From: Candidatus Altiarchaeota archaeon
GTDB lineage: Archaea > Altiarchaeota > Altiarchaeia > IMC4 > SCGC-AAA252-I15
Assembly (NCBI GenBank): GCA_043813075.1
Contig: JBDRLL010000017.1
Span: 1-42,927 of the forward strand
Reading direction: 5' to 3'
Length of the DNA stretch: 42,927 nt
This document shows positions 38,263-42,927 of this stretch, piece by piece. A model generated the notes under the pieces. That model saw only the letters and a list, made by a program, of their open reading frames with translations, had not been told where the DNA came from and searched no databases. The translations under genes were made by a program, and so were the position numbers. The first letter of the stretch is position 1; each line of letters starts with the position of its first letter.

Positions 38263-38394
38263 TAGGTGGGTTGGGGTTTACTCTGATAGTCGACTGGTAT
38301 TCAGGGGAAACACCTCCTATTACAGTAGTAAGCTGGATTACCACGCAAAAAGACCAACCTCGTTTGTGTTGTTCAGCCTCGCCCAACCCGCCTA
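38263..38394 (+). ncRNA. Candidate ~132-nt structured ncRNA of unknown class
   Basis: 13-bp closing stem 38263-38275 / 38382-38394; inner stem 38295-38304 / 38333-38343; TATA-like TTTTTAAG at 38235-38242; T-rich sequence downstream. Confidence 0.6.
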
Positions 38395-38440
38395 CTCTTG
38401 AGGAATCTTTTATTCTATCCTACACATATCATACCCAAGA

Positions 38441-38911
38441 ATGGCCCTAACAGAAGACGGTAAATTCCAGAGACCATCGTGGGACGAGTACTTCGCGAAG
38501 ATAGTTGAAGACGTTGCCAGACGTAGCACATGCTTTAAGAGGCAAATAGGAGCGCTCGTTGTCAGCAAGGACCATGAGATAGTGTCTACCGGATTCAACG
38601 GGAACGTGCGCGGCGCAAAACACTGTGACGACATAGGATGCATAAAGGATGAGATGGGCTTGAAGAGCGGTGAAGGCCAGGAATGGTGCACCGCAGTCCA
38701 CGCGGAGCAGAACGCCCTCCTGCAGGCCGGGAAGTCGAGTCGCGGCTCCACGCTATACGTGAACGCCTTCCCCTGCAAGATTTGCGCGAGGCTCATCGTC
38801 AATGCAGGCATAAGGAAGGTTGTTGTTTCAGGGGAATACACCGACAAGGACGGTCTGAAGACGCTGGCTGAATGCGGCGTGGAAGTGGTTCACGTCAAAC
38901 TGGGTAAGTGA
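38441..38911 (+). CDS. dCMP deaminase / ComEB family
   Basis: RPSWDEYF, RSTC, TGFNG, VHAEQNA, PCKIC. Confidence 0.93.
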   Translation: MALTEDGKFQRPSWDEYFAKIVEDVARRSTCFKRQIGALVVSKDHEIVSTGFNGNVRGAKHCDDIGCIKDEMGLKSGEGQEWCTAVHAEQNALLQAGKSSRGSTLYVNAFPCKICARLIVNAGIRKVVVSGEYTDKDGLKTLAECGVEVVHVKLGK

Positions 38912-38925
38912 GTTAGTCTCATAAC

Positions 38926-40557
38926 ATGGATTTCACGAGGGCGTTGGATTACGTTGAAGAGCGGGTGGGATCGGCTCTAAGGAAGTCTGAAAAGCATTTT
39001 GCAGCCACCGTTCTGACACTTTTCCTTGTAAGCCTGTGCGTGAGGCTGTGGGCCGCGCCTTCAGGCATTGTTTTAAGGGAGGACGGCTTCATCTACCTTC
39101 TGAAGGCTATTGAGATTACGAGGGGTAACTTCTCCCCATTGTTGTCTAGAAGCATAGGCTGGCCCCTGTTCATGTCCCCCATGCTCGGCCTTCTTGATGT
39201 TGAGGATGTGTTCCAGGGCATGCGTTACGCCAGGCTTATCTCAGAGTTCCTGGGAGCATTAACCATAATACCCTTAGCGTATGTTGGGTTACGACTCTTT
39301 GAATGCAGATACACGCTCATGCTTCTGGCGCTATTTGCCTTTTCCCCAGGACTAGTCGAGTCATCTGGTGCGGCCACCAGTGAATCGCTCTTCATCATTC
39401 TGCTGTTGATGATGGTGTACTTCATGATGAAATCGCTTGAAGACGTGAGGTACGCCCTGTTATCCGCAGTGTTCGGTGCTCTATCGTACTATGTCCGCCC
39501 CAACGGGATATTCTCTCTGTTTATCGTGCTATCTTCCATCCTGGTTCTAAGGGGAAACATCAATGGCCTGCGCATCAGACACTACGTCTACATCATCCTG
39601 GTTTTCTCGGTCGTGTCCGCGCCATTCCTGCTGCAGAGACACTCGTATTTCGGGTCAGCGTTCTACTACGGTGAGAACTCCAAGTATTTCGCGGATAGTT
39701 ACGAGCAGGTCTGGTGCGGCAACATCCAGCCACCCTCCCTGACAGAGTATGTTAGGACTCATTCCCTAAGCGAATACCATAGGAAATTCGTTTTTGACGG
39801 TTTAGCCAGGATTATCATCAACATCATGTATTCAACACACCCCGTGATAACAGCCCTATTTGCGTACGGCATATTCAGGCACGGCATTGAGGAGAAGTAC
39901 ATTCCAATGACAGCAGTGTTCCTAGCGTGGATAATCGGGTTCACACCCACATGGGATGTATTCGAGAGGATGAGGCACCTATGGCCGCTCATACCCTTCA
40001 TGCTAGTGTTTGCCACATCATCAGTCAGAGAACTTCTTTGGGGAAGAAGGCATGCTATGACGATCATCCTCATTCTACTTGCCGTTATGACATACCATTC
40101 GTTCATCGAGGTGGCGGGTAATCGAGACGTTATGCTGAGTGATGACAGGGAAGATGGCCTTGACTGGGGTGGGTGGGTTGCGGGGAACGTGAGGGGCAAT
40201 GCTGTTGTGGTTGAAGGCGAAGACCTGGTAATGATGAACCTCCCGGACACTATTGTCGGCGGAGTCGACGACACCATCCACACGTACATATCGCCTTCAG
40301 GCCTTAACACGTCACAGCCAGGTTGTTTTGAAGACTTCAATTCGTCCATGGAGTGGTTCAATGAGAATGGGGTGACACACATTATTGTTGAGGAGAGTCA
40401 CATGTACAAGCGGCCGTACTTGAGGGAAGTCTTGTACGGCAGTGGTAAGCCATATTTAACCGAGGTTTATTCAAATTATGATACAGGGAAGAGATGGAGG
40501 GTAAAGGCGTACCTAATCAACTGGACTTTATATGATGGTGTCTATGATGGAGGATAA
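38926..40557 (+). CDS. GT-C fold (family 39/PMT/ArnT-like) membrane glycosyltransferase, paralog 2
   Basis: Shares GWPLFMSP, YYVRPxG, FYYGENSKYF, MRHLW, RPYLREV, YLTEVYSN and YLINW with paralog 1. Confidence 0.85.
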   Translation: MDFTRALDYVEERVGSALRKSEKHFAATVLTLFLVSLCVRLWAAPSGIVLREDGFIYLLKAIEITRGNFSPLLSRSIGWPLFMSPMLGLLDVEDVFQGMRYARLISEFLGALTIIPLAYVGLRLFECRYTLMLLALFAFSPGLVESSGAATSESLFIILLLMMVYFMMKSLEDVRYALLSAVFGALSYYVRPNGIFSLFIVLSSILVLRGNINGLRIRHYVYIILVFSVVSAPFLLQRHSYFGSAFYYGENSKYFADSYEQVWCGNIQPPSLTEYVRTHSLSEYHRKFVFDGLARIIINIMYSTHPVITALFAYGIFRHGIEEKYIPMTAVFLAWIIGFTPTWDVFERMRHLWPLIPFMLVFATSSVRELLWGRRHAMTIILILLAVMTYHSFIEVAGNRDVMLSDDREDGLDWGGWVAGNVRGNAVVVEGEDLVMMNLPDTIVGGVDDTIHTYISPSGLNTSQPGCFEDFNSSMEWFNENGVTHIIVEESHMYKRPYLREVLYGSGKPYLTEVYSNYDTGKRWRVKAYLINWTLYDGVYDGG

Positions 40558-41089
40558 GAAGGTCATAGGGCTTATAGGGCGTATAGGATCTGGGAAGAGT
40601 ATTGTGGCAGAGCATCTTGTCGAGAATTACGGTGCGGTAGTGTATCGTTTCTCCGACGTCCTGAAGGACGTGCTGAATAGAGTGCACAAGCCGATCACAC
40701 GTGAGAACCTCCAGGACCTGGGCGTGGCCTTGCGCAGCGCATTCGACGACCAGGGCATACTCGCCGAAGTTCTGAGGGCGGACATAATGGAGTCCGACAG
40801 CAAGCTCATCATAGTGGATGGCATACGATACTATGATGAGGTGGAGATGGTTAAGGGTGTTGGAGGGGTCACGTTATACGTGAAAGCACCTCCTGAAGTA
40901 AGGTACGAGAGGGTTGTTAAGAGGGGTACTAGAGGAGAGAGGCATATAAGCTTCGATGAATTCAAGGTCAGTGAAGGCAGGGAGACCGAGAGGATGATAG
41001 ACGAGATAGGCTCCAATGCAGACTATACAATAGAGAACACTGGGACGCTTGACGAGCTAAAGTCTAAGGTGGATGAGTTAATGTCCTAG
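40544..41089 (+). CDS. P-loop nucleotide kinase (dephospho-CoA / dNMP kinase-like)
   Basis: IGLIGRIGSGKS, FSD, R..LQ..G..LR, IVDGIR...E, RYER..KR, ADYTIEN. Start 40544 or 40547. Confidence 0.85.
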   Translation: MMEDKKVIGLIGRIGSGKSIVAEHLVENYGAVVYRFSDVLKDVLNRVHKPITRENLQDLGVALRSAFDDQGILAEVLRADIMESDSKLIIVDGIRYYDEVEMVKGVGGVTLYVKAPPEVRYERVVKRGTRGERHISFDEFKVSEGRETERMIDEIGSNADYTIENTGTLDELKSKVDELMS

Positions 41090-41102
41090 AAACAGGTCAT
41101 AC

Positions 41103-41633
41103 TCAGTGGTTTACCTCAAGCGTGACCGAATTAACCCTGTCTACCCTGACGTCAGGGTATATCCTCACAACCTCCTCCTCAACACGGTCCAATATGGCTA
41201 TCTGCACCATGAGGTTGTGTAGTCGGGGGTCATGGATGAAGTCAGAGGCCTTGAAGTCGTGTGTCGTATACCTACGCTTGTTGTAGGCTTCTATGGCAGC
41301 CCTGGTGACCAGCTTAGGATCAACTGACTTGCCGTATATGGTGATAATCCTCCTGGGTTTCACGGGAAGCCTTTCTGGGACGATAATGCCGGAACTAAGC
41401 CGCTTAAGGCCCTTACTCATCTTTTTGGGTTTAGTTTTGACGGGTTTTTTACGGGTTTTAACCGCTTTTTTCACAGACTTCTTAGAAGCCTTCTTAACAG
41501 CCTTAGGCTTCTTAGAAGCCTTCTTAACAGCCTTATTAACCTTCTTGGTCTTTTTTGAGGTTTTAGAGGGTTTTTTAGCTTTTTTGGATGTTTTCACAGT
41601 CTTTTTCTTGGTAGATTTAGTTTTCTTTTTCAA
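41103..41633 (-). CDS. Lys-rich histone H1-like N-terminal tail fused to a small unknown domain
   Basis: About 75 aa of K/A/S/T/P/V repeats (KKASKKPKAVKKASKK), then about 95 aa of globular sequence; TTG start with GTGA upstream. Confidence 0.75.
   Translation of the reverse strand: MKKKTKSTKKKTVKTSKKAKKPSKTSKKTKKVNKAVKKASKKPKAVKKASKKSVKKAVKTRKKPVKTKPKKMSKGLKRLSSGIIVPERLPVKPRRIITIYGKSVDPKLVTRAAIEAYNKRRYTTHDFKASDFIHDPRLHNLMVQIAILDRVEEEVVRIYPDVRVDRVNSVTLEVNH
41478..41535. repeat. Tandem 28-bp exact repeat (30-bp period) within the Lys-rich tail
   Basis: CTTCTTAGAAGCCTTCTTAACAGCCTTA at 41478-41505 and 41508-41535. Confidence 0.9.
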
Positions 41634-41683
41634 CCCATCACACCCAGTTAGGTATATGACTTGGGGAATAAAAAGGGATTCTT

Positions 41684-42808
41684 TCAGCTTAAAAGACGCC
41701 CTATAAGGGATTTATTGAGGTCTACAGCATTATGCGGGCATAATTCATGGCAGCAGTAGCATCTTATGCACTTGCTTAAATCCATTCTAGCATGGCCATC
41801 CGACACTTCTATGGCGTTTACAGGGCAGTTTTGAGCGCAAATGCCACAACCAACACATTTTTCATTGGATTTTGGGGTTTGGATCATGTATCTTGAAAAA
41901 GGGACTAGGAAAGACATTATACTCCACCCCCCCTTAACAGCATGCTTGAAGTCAGGCATCACGTAATCCCCTATATTACCGCCCATAACTCTCACATCAT
42001 AGATTTTATCTGAGACAAGTCCGCGTGACATTGCAGCCTTTAGGGTTGAGACCCTAGCGGGGTTCATGCCCATGATGTGGGATACTATGAGGTCTAGGGC
42101 GAAAACATCCTCCCCAGTGATTATAAGGCCTATTTTACGCACTTCACCCTGGTTTGGCCCCTGTCCTTCCATGCCTTCTACTGCGTCTATTACGGTCAGG
42201 CGTGGCTTTACTAGTCGAGCCAAGTCCACCAGCATCTCTGAGAATTCACCGACATTATGGAGTTTCGAGTGGTATCCCGGCTTCTTTAAGCCAGGTATTA
42301 GCCCGAAGAGGTTCTTGTTCGCGCAGGTGATGCCGGTTAGCATGTGGGTCTTAAGCTTTGGTATAGAGACTACGCCGTCGACTTCACCGTATACGCCCAT
42401 AAGGTCGAATGCCTTGATGAGCATCCCATCCGGGTTTGACACAAGTATCTCGCTGGTGTCATAGTTCAACCGCGCCCCAGTCTCAACTGCTATTTTATCA
42501 TACCCAGCGGACTTGTAGACCATCTTCAGGTATGTCTTGTTCAGAGGCCCTCCAGGACTGTCTCCGATTATGACTTCACAGCCTGCGTCAATCAGGGCTT
42601 TCACTACCGCCCTTACGACGCTGGGGTGGGTTATTATGGCTTCGTCAGGCCTGCTGTTGCGGAGTAGGTTTGGTTTTACAAGTATCCTCTCGCCTTTAGT
42701 GACGAATTTGTCTATCCCTCCCAGCAGATTTATTGATTTTTCGACAGAGGCGGTTACGTTATCATTAGTGTAGTCCCCGCATTCTGACAGGGATACGGTA
42801 GGCTTCAT
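41684..42808 (-). CDS. DUF362 domain protein with C-terminal 2[4Fe-4S] ferredoxin
   Basis: ILVKPNLL, THP, GDSPG, PKLKTH, KNLFG..PG, MEGQGP; CVGCGICAQNCP and CIRCYCCHELCP. Confidence 0.92.
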   Translation of the reverse strand: MKPTVSLSECGDYTNDNVTASVEKSINLLGGIDKFVTKGERILVKPNLLRNSRPDEAIITHPSVVRAVVKALIDAGCEVIIGDSPGGPLNKTYLKMVYKSAGYDKIAVETGARLNYDTSEILVSNPDGMLIKAFDLMGVYGEVDGVVSIPKLKTHMLTGITCANKNLFGLIPGLKKPGYHSKLHNVGEFSEMLVDLARLVKPRLTVIDAVEGMEGQGPNQGEVRKIGLIITGEDVFALDLIVSHIMGMNPARVSTLKAAMSRGLVSDKIYDVRVMGGNIGDYVMPDFKHAVKGGWSIMSFLVPFSRYMIQTPKSNEKCVGCGICAQNCPVNAIEVSDGHARMDLSKCIRCYCCHELCPHNAVDLNKSLIGRLLS

Positions 42809-42865
42809 ATTCGCTTAAAACATGGTTTTAAGTGTATTTATCCTATTCAACACCCCCGTTTTACT

Positions 42866-42884
42866 TCTCACATTTTTTGTGAGA
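42866..42884. promoter_or_regulatory. Palindrome, possible operator upstream of the DUF362 gene
   Basis: TCTCACA-TTTTT-TGTGAGA perfect 7-bp inverted repeat about 60 nt upstream of the ATG at 42808. Confidence 0.35.
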
Positions 42885-42927
42885 GTTATTCGAGGTGGAA
42901 AATAAGTATTAACAATAATAGATATTA

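Noticed and set aside
38263-38394. 5S rRNA or SRP RNA identity for the structured RNA (GGGAAACACC and AGTAAGCT resemble 5S fragments)
   Set aside because: Lacks the conserved CCGAAC loop C and the loop E motifs, and the spacing is too short; no SRP helix-8 motif. Retained as an unknown ncRNA.
41293-41706. Phe/Leu-rich apparent membrane protein ORF
   Set aside because: Reverse complement of the poly-Lys codons of 41103-41633.

Overview
A densely packed archaeal chromosomal segment. The assignment rests on aIF5A, a GHMP-type archaeal shikimate kinase, TATA-box promoters and GGTGA ribosome-binding sites. The Thr-rich secreted proteins would fit an Altiarchaeota/DPANN-like lineage, but that is inference only. 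About 40 CDSs are present. Housekeeping and central metabolism: pyrG, an ArgD-like aminotransferase, corA, pgi, acyP, aroK, tyrA, ppdK, pyk, aIF5A, dCMP deaminase and a Rad50/SbcC ATPase. Envelope and secreted proteins: FG-GAP, DUF4139, C39-like peptidase, Cys-rich and LEA-2 proteins, and two GT-C/PMT paralogs. Also two radical SAM enzymes and a TPR-AAA ATPase. I saw no tRNA, rRNA, CRISPR array or transposase. The most unusual signals are: (1) a ~132-nt structured, apparently independently transcribed ncRNA candidate at 38263-38394; (2) a phosphomannose-isomerase-like cupin whose metal-ligand motifs are internally permuted; (3) a dikinase with its ATP-grasp domain at the C-terminus, translationally coupled to a histidine phosphatase; (4) a promoter plus perfect SD driving a 6-codon ORF behind a B12 radical SAM gene; (5) gene-conversion-like tracts between tandem SPFH genes; (6) a possibly split PI3K/HipA-like kinase at the left edge. 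All family assignments come from motif recognition by eye, not database searches.
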